Of a DNA stretch of 64,000 nucleotides, positions 1 through 13,400 are shown piece by piece (position 1 is the stretch's first letter; every line of letters begins with the position of its first letter). The notes below the pieces were generated by a model that ran no database searches, was not told the DNA's origin, and worked only from the letters and a program-made list of their open reading frames with translations. Both the position numbers and the translations under genes were made by a program. The DNA is taken from positions 169,386,001-169,450,000 of the forward strand of contig NC_058368.1 in the NCBI RefSeq assembly GCF_018350175.1, given 5' to 3'. The DNA comes from Felis catus (Eukaryota).

Positions 1-29
1 CTCAACTGACTAAGCCATCCGAGCACCCC
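1..29 (-). mobile_element. Can-SINE 5' end (window edge)
   Basis: Reverse complement of the ggggtgctcggatggcttagtcagttgag head. Confidence 0.8.
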
Positions 30-30
30 T

Positions 31-527
31 ATTCTTGATAAAAATTCTTAACAAATAAGGAGTAAAAGAAAGCTTCCTTAGAGGGCATCTATAAAAAAAA
101 TCCACAGCTAAGGTGAAAGCTTTCCCCCCAAGATCAAAAACAAGATATCTGCTCTCACCATTCCTATTCAATATCATAACGGAGGTCCTAGCCAGTGCAA
201 AAAAAAAAAAAAGTAATAAGTATATACTGCATTATTCTATTTATACAAAGTTATAAAAAAAATCCACTAATCCATAATGACAGAAGACAGGTCAGTGATG
301 GCCAGTGACTGCCCAGGATTCTGCCTGAGACCATGTGAAGTAGGAGGGAAGGATTACAAAGGGGCATAAGGAAAATTTAGGGGGTGATGGACATGACAAG
401 TTCATTAACTTGATTGTGGAGATGGTTTCAAAGATGTCTGTGTATGTCAAACTTATAAAATTGTGTTTAAAATATATGCAGTTTACTGTGTATCAATTAT
501 ACCTCAATCAAGCTGTTAAAAAAATAA
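31..527 (+). mobile_element. Old L1 (L1M-type) ORF2 and 3'UTR fragments
   Basis: ctctcaccattcctattcaatatcataacggaggtcctagccagtgcaa (ORF2-like), and tatcaattatacctcaatcaagctgttaaaa 3' end. Confidence 0.75.
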
Positions 528-1391
528 AGGGATGGACAGAGAGGAAAAAAAAAGAAAGGGTTATAAATTCATGGATCAGTGTATGGGGTAAGCTTTACTG
601 AGGTAGTCTGGATTAGGAAATGCAGAAATGAACTTATTTATTAATGAGCCAGATTGTCTCCCATGTCTAAGTAATTCTCTAATAGGAAGTTAGGTGTATA
701 GGTTTGAACATTATCTTTTTCTAGTCATCAGGGTGCCATTTAGCAGCTCTCTAGAAAACCAGCTATAATTGCAGTAATGCAGTAATTGCTCAGAGAGGAG
801 CCAGTGACTCCCTGGGGACTCAGCAAAGCTCTCAAGACTCAGAGCATCTGACGCTCAGACAGAGGTCTCGGCAACATGCAGAGACAGTGACACAGAATCT
901 TCAACGTCCTGTCCTAGGGAGAACCTGGCCTACCCCCAAAATAGTATCAATTTCCCAGGTTTTCCCCTGTATCCAGGGAACTTTCTAAATCTGCCCACTG
1001 GGCAGAATGAGCAAAAGTGAGGGAGGTGGCAACAGCAGTTCTCACTGCTCAACATTTACTGAGCACCTGTTCTGTTCCCAGCTTCTGTGCTCAGAGCTTA
1101 GAGCCCAGCCCCTCCTGCACAGGCGCAGGACGGCAGATAAGAGTCTCTGCTGTGGCCTCCGAAGAAGAACATACTCCTTATCACAGCTGGCCCTGGGCAC
1201 TTGGTGAAGTTTTTCTTAGCCAGGTCTTTCTCAAGGTTAAAACATGGAAATAAGCACCAAACTTACCCCTTATCTCAATAAATCTTATCCATTAAACTTG
1301 ACTTCGTGGCTATTTGTGTGTGTGCATTTTAGATACCATCTCCTGAGTTCTTCCATGAGGCAGACACTGTTCTAAAAACCTTACGTGGATA

Positions 1392-1604
1392 GGGGCGCCT
1401 GGGTGGCTCAGGTGGTTAGGTGTCCGACTTTGGCTCGGGTCATGATCTCGCGGTTGGTGAGTTTGAGCCCCGCATCAAGCTCTGTGCCGACAGCTCAGAG
1501 CCTGGAGGCTCTTTCAGATTCTGTGTCACCCTCTCTCTCTGCCCCTCCCCTGCTCATGCTCTGTCTCTCTCTCTCAAAAAGAAATAAACATTAAAAAAAA
1601 TTTT
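1392..1604 (+). mobile_element. Felid Can-SINE inserted in a MIR
   Basis: tRNA-derived head, (CT)n, A-tail; TSD aaaaaccttac(g/a)tggat. Confidence 0.95.
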
Positions 1605-2237
1605 AAAAACCTTACATGGATTAACACATGTAATCTGAGTAATCTTGTGGGGTGGTTGGTATTATTATCTTCATTTAAAGATGAGAAAACTGAAGCATGG
1701 AGGGGTTAAGTAACCTGTCCAACTTTTCAGTTAGCAACAAATGATGGAGCCAGGATTTCAACCCTGGTGTTCCAACACATGAGCCCACGCTCAGGGGATC
1801 ACAACACTAACACAACTGAGTGAGGGCGAAGATATGATTGGCTATGAGCCAATCTACTCTTCAAGTGAAAAGCATTCTGTTTTGTGGTCACAGATGACTT
1901 AAAATGTTTACTTGTTGGTGACAAGCAGTATCAAGTGAAAGAAACAGAATGGCTCATTGTAAAGCCATTCTGATGACTTGAAAAACAGCCCACTGCTCAG
2001 TGAGTGCCAGCAGTGCCATGTCACCCAGAGGGCCTGGGTTTTCCTCCCTCTCATCTCTGCCCAAACTTTGCTCCTGCAAGGAGTGGGGGCTGCAAGGTCA
2101 GGGGGAAAGACAGGCACTGGAGCATCAGCCAGGGGAGAACTGCTGCCCACTGCCCCAAGCTGCCAGACAGTGGAGAGACGGAGCTGAGCTTTGTTCTCTG
2201 AGGCTCTGAGAGAGAAAGACACAGGAATCAGATTTTT

Positions 2238-2493
2238 TTTTCTTTTTTTTTAATTATTTTAAATTATTTTTAATGTTTATTTATTTTGGAGACAGAGAAA
2301 GAGAGACAGCATGAACGAGAGAGGGACAGAGAGAGACAGAGGGGCAGAGAGAGAGGGAGACACAGAACCCGAAGCAGACTCCAGGCTCCGAGCTGTCAGC
2401 ACAGAGCCCGACGTGGGGCTCCAACTCATGAACCACGAGACCATGACCTGAGCTGAAGTTGGATGCTTAACCTACTGAGCCACCCAGGTGCCC
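2238..2493 (-). mobile_element. Felid Can-SINE
   Basis: TSD ggaatcagattttt. Confidence 0.95.
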
Positions 2494-2526
2494 TGGAATC
2501 AGATTTTTAAAACATGATAAGAAACA

Positions 2527-2745
2527 GGCCTTGGGGTGGATCAGTCAGTTGAGCGTCTGACTTTTGATTTGGGCTCAGGTTATGATCCCAGGGCTGTGGG
2601 ATGGAGCCCATATCAGGCTCCATGCTGAGCATGGTACTTGCTTGAGATTCTCTCTCTCTTTCTCTCTCTCTCTTTCTCCCCCTCTCTCTTTCCCTCTGCC
2701 CCTCTCCCCCACTCACACTCTCTCCCTAAAGAAAAGAAAATAAAT
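2527..2745 (+). mobile_element. Older carnivore Can-SINE
   Basis: gactttTGATTTgggctcagg...gatcccagggctgtgggatggagcccc variant, (CT)n, A-tail. Confidence 0.85.
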
Positions 2746-3245
2746 TTAAAAACACAATAAGAATGAACTAGAAGGAAATGTTCCAATATTTCAAGAACAA
2801 GTATGTCTAGTTGGTAGTGTTAATGGTTGTTATAGGTTTTTCCTTCTCTCTGTATATATTTTCCATATTGTCTAACCAAAACCTATAGTTAATATAATAA
2901 CCTTTAAAAAGATAAATGATAGAAAAACATGTGTAAGAATTTTCTGGCAGAGCTGCCAAAAGATAGAGTAGGCTAGAAATATCAATAGCGGGGCTTGGGA
3001 AACACACATACACACACAGGTGTTTAACCAGGAGGGATAAAGTTTGAAAGGGCCCCATCAGAAGTAATGAGATTTCTTTCACAGGAGATAATCAAGTATA
3101 GGTTAAATGACTTCCTGGTGGGGATACAGAAGAAAAGATTCAAGCGTCTGTTGGGGAGTCTGTCAGGACCCTGCTACTCAAAATATGGTCCATGAACTGG
3201 CAACATAGGCATCTGCGGGGAGTTTTGTTAGAAATGTAGAATCTT

Positions 3246-3484
3246 GGGGCACCTGGGCAGCTCAGTCGGTTAAATGTCTGACTCTTGATCTCGGCTTAGG
3301 CCATGATCTCAGGGTTCATGAAATCGAGCTCCACAATGGGCTTTATACTAACTGCATGGAGCCTACTTGGAATTCTCTCTCTCCCTCTCTCTCTCTCTGC
3401 TCCTCTCTCATTCATGCATGCTCTTTCTGTCTCCCTCTCTCAAAATAGACAAATAAATATTTTTTTAAAAAGAGAGAGAAAGGG
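3246..3484 (+). mobile_element. Can-SINE inserted in a MER5-like DNA transposon relic (~3165-3620)
   Basis: TSD atgtagaatct; flanks ctactcaaaatatggtcc...gttagaaatgtagaatct are MER5-like. Confidence 0.85.
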
Positions 3485-5031
3485 ATGTAGAATCTCGGGT
3501 CCCCACCCCAAGCCACAAGAATCACCCAAGAAATATTTAAGTGTTTGGCCTGGCTCAAACCTGGGGGATTCATATTCAGTAGTGCCATGTCAGGGGCCGT
3601 GTTTAGGAACTCCTGGACTAGGTGACCTTTCGGAGCCCTTGAAAGCTGAAGACTCTGAGAATCTCAGCTTCCCAACCCCAGTGGGCCATGCCCTAAGAGC
3701 CAGTAGCCTATTTCTACACTAAATGTCAGAATTCTGCCAGCCCCGGCCACCTTGGGCATCCTCTGCTCTTGGGGCATATTTGGGGCTTTCATACTTGCTA
3801 GGTGGGATATCCAACCTCTACTCTCCTCACAATGTTTATCGTCTTCTCACCTTGCCCTGTCTCTCTCTCTCTGTGTCCCAGCTACTCACTCATTGGCTTA
3901 CTGATGACTTCCCTTTGTGTGCTTAGTTCTAGTTCAGTTCCATCTTAAACCAGTATTGTTGGAGCAGGAGTGAGAGCTATAAGCATAGCTCCAAGGTCTG
4001 TGGGAAGGAGGTGTTTAGTTACATCTCCCACCTAGTTCATGACATTGGACCGAGTTACCATACTGCTCACCAGAGGGTGCTAAGGGTGACCTATAAATAT
4101 TTGTGTTGCTCCTTAAAGTGCATCAAGTGCTAACCTTTTCTCTCTTTGGACCATATGACTTTTCTGTGTCTGGTCCTGAGTTCTGATTGATTCCTTTTCT
4201 TGGTCTACTGCAGAATCTCTCTAGAACCCAAAGGAAACTAGTCATATTGGAAGACCTAACTTGTGCTGGTAACTTTTATGTTTTATCACATATACTCTTT
4301 ACTCTCACATTAAGGAGAAGTTATTAATGGTCCCATTTTGAAGATGAGAAAAATCAAAGCCTAGAAAGATTAAAGAATATTTGCAATGTAGTACAACCCG
4401 CAAGGGGCAGAAATTTGACCCCAGAACTGCCTGATCCCAAATTTCTATGTTCATCTCATTGTCCCATCCACCATCCTAAGTTCCTGTTGGCAGCAGGGTG
4501 GCCTGAGCACCTACGAGTTCTTGCCAGTCTAGCTCTATAGATTTAGACAACCTTGTGTAACAAGACAGAGACAATTTTTCTTTGCTAGAATTCTAAGGCT
4601 GGGGGACTGTGAAAGACAAAGCAACCTGGTGGGGCCATGAGGTCACACATCAGAGTATGGTCTTCAGAAAGCTACAGAGCATGACACAGTGGCTCTAGTG
4701 GAAGAGGAGGGGTGGAATGACTAGGGAACAGGAAGCTGGCAGATGGTTACACCCTTCTTGGAGTTTATTATCTATCTGTCTCACTGATTAGAAATTGTAG
4801 GAAGATAGGAATTTCGTCTTTTTATCACTATTGTATCCAAAGCACTTATGACAGCAACTAAAACACAGTAGGTGCTCAAGAAATGAATGGATGTGATTGC
4901 CCCTTGCCCTCCACAAATATTCAATAAAACTACAAAAATTATGATAGAACTCTGTGTGATTGGATTTCGTGTGAAAGTTAATGAGGGATAGGCTTTGCAT
5001 CCAAGTTAGATCCATGGTTTGGTAAGGACAT

Positions 5032-5851
5032 CGATGCAGGAGTGGAGTCAGAGACAGCCATCAAAAATAAGCCGGGAAGAGTATAGTAGTTGTGGGCCCT
5101 CAATAATCCCTAGTTGTGAGGGTGGATATTTGAGGAAAGTTTACCTAAATCTCAGAGGGTAGAAAAACCCCCAAGTGACTCGTGAGAGACCTCAAACAGA
5201 CATATGACAACTATATTCTTCCTAATTTTTAAATATCAACTGACATCCTCACCCTACATGTATATTGGACAAATACCAAGTTTCCAATATGGGACAGAAG
5301 CAATTTTCTCTTGGGCACTAGGTCTCAGATTCCCTCTTGTCCCAAATGATGCCCATTCCTCAGAAAGACTAATTTAGTTCAGTGGCTACATAACTCTCGT
5401 TCATAGCCATAGGGTCTTGTACTCAAATCAATGTTTTCCTTCTTATATCCTTTAAAATAGGTACACAGTGATGACAAGCAATAGCAATGTTAATGAGATT
5501 AGGTGTAAATGATTAACTACTTTGGACTATTACTACGGTTATTGTGATTTGCATAGCTCTACTGTTGATGTCCAGCAATTAAGAGATTCAAACTAGATCT
5601 TAACCATAAGGTGTGGAGTATTAAGGGAAAAAACCACATACAGGAAAGCAGTAAAGAGCAATGTCTTGAGCCCAAAAAATCCAGGACTATGACATGGACC
5701 CCTGTTCTTCTCTGGCTTTTGTCTTGGCTCCCACCGTTCTCATTGGTGGCCCATCTGCCTCATCTGCTGCCCGCAGCCGGGTTACAAAGTACTGCTAGGA
5801 CTCAGGGGCACAAGCTGCAGGTCCCCCATCTTCCATCTTATCTCACAATCA
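5032..5851 (+). mobile_element. ERV solo LTR (carnivore type) with an internal 228-bp insertion
   Basis: Termini (t>c)gatg...caatca, 4-bp flanks acat/tcat, LTR-like composition. Family not assigned. Confidence 0.6.
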
Positions 5852-6509
5852 TCATGGCACCAGGCTTGCCCCTCCCCCGGCCCGTGAGCTGCCCAAGGCT
5901 GGTGTCAACCCCCCTCATACTCTTCACACTTTCTGTGCATACACATAACATGTGCTCAATAAATGTGGCTGACTGAGGAGATGTTGGATCACTCTGATTT
6001 TTAAAGTCCTGTAGGGCAGCAGTTGTTATCACCTAACTTGACTCTAGGTAGGGGAGTCCTCAAGGGATGGTGGAAGCTCTAAATTTCCTTAGTTATGCTT
6101 CTGCATAATTTTGGTGCTATAGAGTTTTTCTTTTTCTTTTTTTTTCTGCACCAGAGGTTCTACTGTCACTGAAATTCAGTGAGACCTCAGTAAAAAAACA
6201 AGGCTATAGAGACACATTCCAGAGAGGATGAGAAAGACAGTTACTGACTTTGAAAAAGGAAAAAGAAGTCATTATCTTTTTTTTTTCCTTCTTATATCCT
6301 TAAAATAGGTACACAGTGATGACAAGCAATAGCAATGTTAATGAGATTAGGTGTAAATGATTAACTGTTACGGACTATTACTACAGTTATTGTGATTTGC
6401 ATGGCTCTACTGTTGATGTCTAGCAATTAAGAGATTCAAACTAGATCTTAACCATAAGGTGTGGGATATTAAGGAAAAAATTCACATATGGGAAAGCAGT
6501 AAAGAGCAA
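5434..6509 (+). repeat. Dispersed direct duplication, 5434-5661 and 6283-6509
   Basis: About 228 bp, ~15 differences by hand alignment (~93% identity). Confidence 0.95.
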
Positions 6510-6689
6510 CTGAGTTTTTAAATTATGGAGGGTCTTTGAACAGGTGTGCTTGCTGAGGAGCTATGCAGAATTTATATGTGGGGAGCCACAGGGTTCTAGC
6601 AAGCATGGTGATGCGGCAGAGGGTCTTGATGATGACAAACAGTAGAGTGCACCAAATACTGTTCCTCCTCTTGCAGGGACAGAAGGGGG

Positions 6690-7770
6690 AGATTCCTGTC
6701 TTCAACCTGCGTCATCCTCATCCTCCATCTCTTGGCACCTTACGGCTACTTTGAAATCCTCTCTTTACGATTTGCTCTTTCCATTCCTGTTGTGCCCCAT
6801 CCTTTTTCTCATCCACACTATTCTCAGCCCTCTGTTCATTTCTTTCTGTACCTTCCCTCAGAGACCTTATTCACTCTCAAGGGATCAACTACCGCTTCTG
6901 AGCTATTAACTACCAGATCTTTATTTCCTCCCCTAGTGCCTTTTTCTAGGCAAGGACACACATTTCCTACTTGATTTTCTACTTCGTTTCCAAATGATGT
7001 GTCACTTAAAGCTCAGGATGCTTCGAATTGAACTCTGTCCAAGCTAGTTCCTTTTCCCAAAGTTTCTCTTTCCAAGTACAGTCTCACCACTCCCTTAATT
7101 CCCAGCTGTGCCTCGCCCTCCATATCTAATCAGTCCCAGAATGGCATGTGTTTGATCTTCACACTTCTCTCATCCAGCCCATATATCCAGGCCCATTTGC
7201 CACTGCCAGAGTTTGGGAGCTGAGCCCTTTTCTGGACTATTAAAAGAGCCTCCTATTGATGTTCCTGCCCTTAATCTCATACTGCCTCCTTCCATCCTAA
7301 AATCTGCTATCATATGAACTTTTTTCGTATACTGCTGGGATTGTTTCATTTCCTTACTCAAAAATTCTTATAGCTCTTAATTCATTGACAAAAGAACAAC
7401 TCATGCAATCACTCACTGAACAAATATTTATTGAGCACCTAATATGTGCCATGTTGGTATTTGACAGTGAACAAGATAGAAAAGGATTCTTGTTCTCATG
7501 GCTTTTGATAAGATAGGCAGTAAAACAAGCAAATGAAAAAGATAACCTGGCGCTATGAAGGAAAAGAAGTGTTGTAATGGGTAGAGAGTGAGTTGCTGCA
7601 TAGAAAGGGAACTGCTTTAACAAGTTGGTCCAGGTAGACTTTTTAGAAGAAATGACTTTGATTAAAGACCTACATAACAAGCAGAACCTCATTATCTGGA
7701 GATCTGTGGGGAAAGCATCTGAATAGAGAAAACAGCAAGTACAAAGGTCCTCAGGAGGGAAGGTGAATTA
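6690..7770. mobile_element. Degenerate L2 fragments
   Basis: cactcactgaacaaatatttattgagcacct 3'-end signature and L2-like body. Boundaries approximate. Confidence 0.55.
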
Positions 7771-9609
7771 TTTGTCATTCTTGGACCTTACCATGTTGAT
7801 CCAAGCTAGTTTTTTAGTCTAATCTTATATAACAACTCCACACAGTACTTAGGCTCCGGCCAAATCATCCTTTGTACTGTTCTCCAAACATGCTTTGTGT
7901 TCCTGCCTCCATTTTTTTTTTTTCCATTTTTCCCTTTCATGTGGAAAGCCCTCCTCTTTCTTATCTATGACTATTGATAACCAGCAAAATCCAGTTCAGA
8001 AGCCCCCACGTCTGTGAAAGCATCACTGATCACCTCCAGCAAAAGTCCACTTTTCTTTATTGAAATCTTATTGCACGTGTTGAAACCTCAGGTTTCAATA
8101 TCTTACTTGCCACATCCAGATAGTGCCTTAGGGGGCTGAATTCCTGGAAGAGGCATGTAATTGAAATACAGAAGATGAATCTGGATTTTGTCATGGAGAC
8201 TGTGTCATGATAATGCTTATACTCTTTGTCAAGGACCTGATTGCTAGAATATAGAGAAATGTTCTGGAACAATAAATTTGAAGAACTCTGTCTAATAAAT
8301 TCATATGCTATCTCAGAGTTATTCAAAATTTATTTTTAAGCTCCCCAATAACAAGCTCCCATGTTTTCCACTATATAAAGTATACAAGAAGAGCCAGTCT
8401 GGTCAAATCAGGGAAAGGAGACCCAGGAGCCATCTTGCTCAGCTTCTTTGCCCTCTGCAAGGAAGATCTTCCATTTTCACCCAGTTTTTCAACCCCCTAA
8501 GCCCCTGAGACCCCTGAGCATGATTCAGTGATGCACAATCTTACCAAAATAAAGCATAGGTAAGTCAGTTCATTACCCTCGTATTTTAATTTTCTTTAGA
8601 AGAAATGTAATGGAGGCTTTGAGGATGTAGGCATCAGGGAAGGCCATTGCTGTAAGGCTCACAGAAGACAGCTGGCCAGAGTATTCACAGGACAGAGTTT
8701 CTGGGATCCTACCTCCATCTTCTATTTTTAGCCAACTTGTCAGTCTCAAATTAGGGGTCATTTATTCCCAGAAACTTCCTCTTACCCCACACCTAGGTTA
8801 TATTCCTCTGATATGAATTTGTATATCACCTTGCGCTTTCCTAACCACAGCTCCCTATTGCAACGGCTTGTTACACAGTGATTGCAACAGTGGCTCCTCC
8901 ACTGTTCTGTGATGTAAGCAGCGAGTGTGCCCACCTTGTTCACTCCAGAACTCCCAGTGTCGCCAATACATGGCACAAGGTTGGTGTTCTGATCTGTTGA
9001 GTGGATGGATGGATGGATGGATGGATAAAAATAGGAAGGGAGCAACTGAAGGCAAGAGAAGGCAAAGAATAGGGCCTTACCAATCAGAGCCCAAATGCTG
9101 GCACCCTGATCCCATGTAGACAGTAAGCAATCTGCTGCAGTGTTGTTAAGAGATGTTGTTGAGCACCTTAGACTGTGGTACCGCATACGTGTTTATCTTT
9201 CCTTCTAAATTGTAAGCTTGTTGGGAGGCTCCATCTACAGTTTCTATCCATAACCCCTTAGGGAATGTGCCTAACGTCCATACCCTCTTCTTTCAACAGT
9301 CCCTTTTGATAAGTACTCCTGCACCCTTGTCAGCCAGGTGCTGTTAATGGACTGACCAGACTCTCAGCTCCAGTGTGGATGCTAATAGCTTCAAGCCAAT
9401 CAACATACGCTGTTCGCAGCAGCCCATAGTGATTGGTTCAAGAAGAGGTACATAACCCAGAAACAATGACCTGTTGGCAGCTCTTAGTTGAGGCTTCTTC
9501 AGAGAAGTTATAAGCACAAGAGTTAGCTCTAGACTGGGTCTGAGTCTCAGTTGCACGCCCACCTAGCTGAAAAACCTTGGGAACATTACTTAACCTCTCA
9601 GTGTCTCAG

Positions 9610-9825
9610 TTTTTTGTTTTGTTTTTAATGTTATTTATTTTTGAGAGAGAGAACAGAGCATGAGCGGGGGAGGGGCAGAGAGAGAGGGAGACACAGAATC
9701 TGAAGCAGGCTCCAGGCTCTGAGCTGTCAGCACAGAGCCCGATGCAGGGCTCCAACTCACAAACCATGAGATCATAACCTGAGCCAAAGTTGGAGGCTCA
9801 GCTGACTGAGCCACCCAGGCGCCCC
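9610..9825 (-). mobile_element. Felid Can-SINE in a MIR
   Basis: TSD gtgtctcag. Confidence 0.95.
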
Positions 9826-10189
9826 TGTGTCTCAGCCTTTTCTTGTGTAAAATAGACACAATGAGACTGTAGAAGTATATACAATACAGATATACTCCCA
9901 TATATACTTGTGTCTATTTCTGTACCTGTGTGTATGTATTGCTTAGAAAGGCACTGGAGATGGATATTACTTTGATTGTAGTGAATATTTCGCAACATAC
10001 ACATACATCAAATCATTAAGTGGTACATCTTAAGTATATACAATAAGGAAAAAAAGAAAAGAAAGAAAGAAGAGGTACCTAGGGCACAGATCAGCAGACA
10101 GTAGCAGCTGTTGTTTCCAATGTTGTTGTTGTTATTATTCCACAGACTATGGTGGTATGCAGATGCCAGGCTTTGGGCTGTAACCCTCC

Positions 10190-10410
10190 TGCTGCCTCAA
10201 GGGAAGCCAGCCAGAGAATGAGGCTGGCACAGAAAACATTGAAGTCCAACACACAGAGAACTGAATCCAAAGCCATGATTTGAGTCTCTGGACTAAGCCA
10301 TGCCTGAAGCCAGCCTTATCCTTAGACTTTCAAAGATGTGAGCTAATGAGTTCCTTTTCTTATTCAAACCACTTAGAGTTGTACTGGCTATTATGTGGAG
10401 TGAAAAGATT
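10190..10410 (+). mobile_element. MaLR (MLT1-type) LTR fragment
   Basis: ctggactaagccatgcctgaagccagcc...tgtgagctaatgagttcctttt motif. Confidence 0.6.
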
Positions 10411-13400
10411 TCTTATCGGCACACTGTTCTTTGGTGGCTAGTGAATAAATAGCTTGTTGAGGACAAATGTGGGAACCAGGTGATCTTCTATCCTCTGTTA
10501 GTCAGTTTTGGGTGTGTTATATCATTTAACTTTCATTACGACCTTTAAGATAGATATGTAGGGTAGGTTTATGCCCTTTGTATGGATGTGCACACTGAGG
10601 CTTACAGGGATTAAGTGATTCTCCCAAGACCTAGAGCTAATTAGGGGTGGATCTGAATCATCTATCCTTTGACACCAAGGCCTGTGTTCTTCTGCAACAA
10701 CCTTTACCCCTCCTGAGGGAGGAAGAACAGATAAGACCTCAAAGGAGAAGTGTTCTTTGTTTAGGTACTTGAAAAAAACTTGGAGTGAAATTCAGTTCTT
10801 CCTGATTTTGATACTTCCTCAGTATTATGCAATAAGACTCAATCCCAGGGACAAGTGCTATTTAGCAACCAAATGTTTAGAGAATCAATAATCTAATTTT
10901 TAGAAAAAAGAATTAATGCCATATTTAAATTTTTAGGCTCAGATCTCATTTTCTTAGAGCTACTTTAAGCCAGCTGAGCATTAAAAATACAAAAGATCAT
11001 GAAATTAGCATGCAGAAGTTTTTTTTGTTTTTTTTTTTTTTTGTTTTTTTCCTTTCCTTTTATCCCCTTCCTTCTTTTAACCCCAGGCTCTGGATAGGAG
11101 GCAATCCTAATTAGGAAATGATTTCCTTTCAATTAATTGTAGACAGCCATGGTCATACTAAACATTATAATCTGCAGCTCAATATTAGTACCTTGGGCCA
11201 AAATTTTGTGTTGGCAAATGTTCCTGTGGTGAATTGTGATTGTCCTGTTTTTAATAGTTATTTCCCTCCTGCTCTCTGTAGAATTAACCTCTTGTGAATC
11301 CACTTACAAACTGTTAGCAAGAAATTTTAATTGTGAAGAAAATTATATGAATTCTGCGCTCCTTCATGACACTTACTCCACACACTCAGTTCTTCACCTG
11401 GTGATGGAGGGCCCTCATTTGAGAGCAAAGCTTCTCCCCCATATACTGGGTTGAAGGCTGCTAGTAGAAGGAAGGCAGTTTGTGGGAATTCTAACCCTTC
11501 CATGAAAAATCCCCAGGATTTCTGCCATTACAGTTTAGTGATTCATTATTCCTGCTGCCACTTATAATAGTTTCTTTTTTTAAAAGGCACAAGTTACAAA
11601 CCCTCGATCATGGCTAGTGTAAGTTCTTTACCCCATAGTATCCCTAGTGAAGAAAAGATTATCAAAGTTGGTTTCCGAAATACAAACATCATGAAACAAA
11701 ACATAATTTTAAAAGTAATAATTTATAAAAAGGAGTATTGATAGGTGCATGTTTTTAAGGATGTGTAATTAATTCTTTCAGCTCACCTTTTCTGATTATG
11801 CTTGATGTTAATTTTATCTATGTCTATAGTTTAAAAGAATTGATTTTGCAAGAAAAAGCAACAGAGGATGAAGAAATCTGCCCCTGAAGTTGCTTTGGGG
11901 GCATTTATTTGGAGATGAAGTGAATAATACTTTTAGTAACTAGTTAATGTATATGTTTTTACCATCGTCAGAATTCTTCCTTCCTCTAGCGCAAATGAGT
12001 GAAAGGGTTATCAACCAGGGACGGTGGCAGTGGAAAGTTATTGGAGAGGGTTTCTGGGATACTTTATACCATTTTCTTACCTGGAGTTTAGGACAATGAA
12101 TGTCACTTCACAGTGAAGGCTTTGGAAGAGGGAGACCTGAGGAGTTGTAGGCCTTCCCCTTTCCCTGTTGAAGTTTGTACGTGAGGGGTTGCACACTGGA
12201 TGAAGGAAGTATCATGTTTTGGATGCAATTCTAATGCAGATAAAAAAACAGTATGGTTTTATCATAATCCACTATGCATGTTCACCAAAAGCAAGCTTGC
12301 TGTGCAAACGGTACAGAAAGGTCTTTGGGCAATCCATCAGGAATGGTCACTGAAGGTAAATTTGTGAGGTCATGCTCCCTGGACTCTTTCATCAGACCAA
12401 CTCCTCTGGCTGTCACACACCCTATGCTTAACAGGCGTCCACATCTCTGTAATATAGCCCTTCTGTCCATCCAGGGTAGGAAGCAGGCTGGATAGTCACA
12501 TGGCCTTCTTTACTGGAGGGTGGGTTGGTTGATCCTTCATGCCCTGCCTTGACTCCCTTTACCTTCTACTCTGGAAGAACTGAGTTTGTCTGTAGAGCAG
12601 GGATGGGGTGTGGAAGGGCCGGTAACTGCGTGGCTGATCCCTTCTCTCAGCCAGGCCAATGTTACAAAGAAATCCTTAAACTATTCTTAGTTCCTTACCT
12701 CAGATTCATGTAATATAATCTACTGGACATAATCAAATTGTGGTAGGTGTCTCTAGTCTGGTTAATTTGTTCCTATGCCTTGTCTACAGGTATGGGCACA
12801 CATTTCTAGCCCTCTGGAGAGCTGCACATGCCTACCATATCAATTGCTGGCAAATTCTCCATAAAGTCCCTCCTTCACATTGTTTTAACCCCTTCTCCAC
12901 CCCCATCCCAAGTGTCTGCTTCCTTTCTTCCCATACTGTGTTTTCTGGCATCAGGTTCAGTCATTCTCAACACAAGACAGAGTGGAGGGGATACATAGCA
13001 TACAGACCTCAGAGGGGGAATGGGTCATCAAGAAACCTGAAGCTAATGTATCTTTCCAAAAATCTTATTTTTCACTTTGAAGGTCACACAGACTCTCCCC
13101 ACCCCAGCAACTACCAGGCTATTTTAGCACACAAGTATTTATCTCTCTACATGTCCAGTTAGCACAATGATGGTCTTTGCATATTTCTGCTGTTATCGTG
13201 TATAAGTGTTCCTATCTATTTTCATTTGTAACTGTCCCATTTTCTTGCCTGTGTATTTTTTCCCTCCATTAGATTTCACACTCCTAAAAGAAGAGGCCAT
13301 ATCTTCTGTTTCATTTAATACCCTAAACTCTCTACAAAGAGTCTTAATGGATGCTCTTGGCTGCCTGATATGCCTTAACAAATAGCTTTGATTCTGCTGG

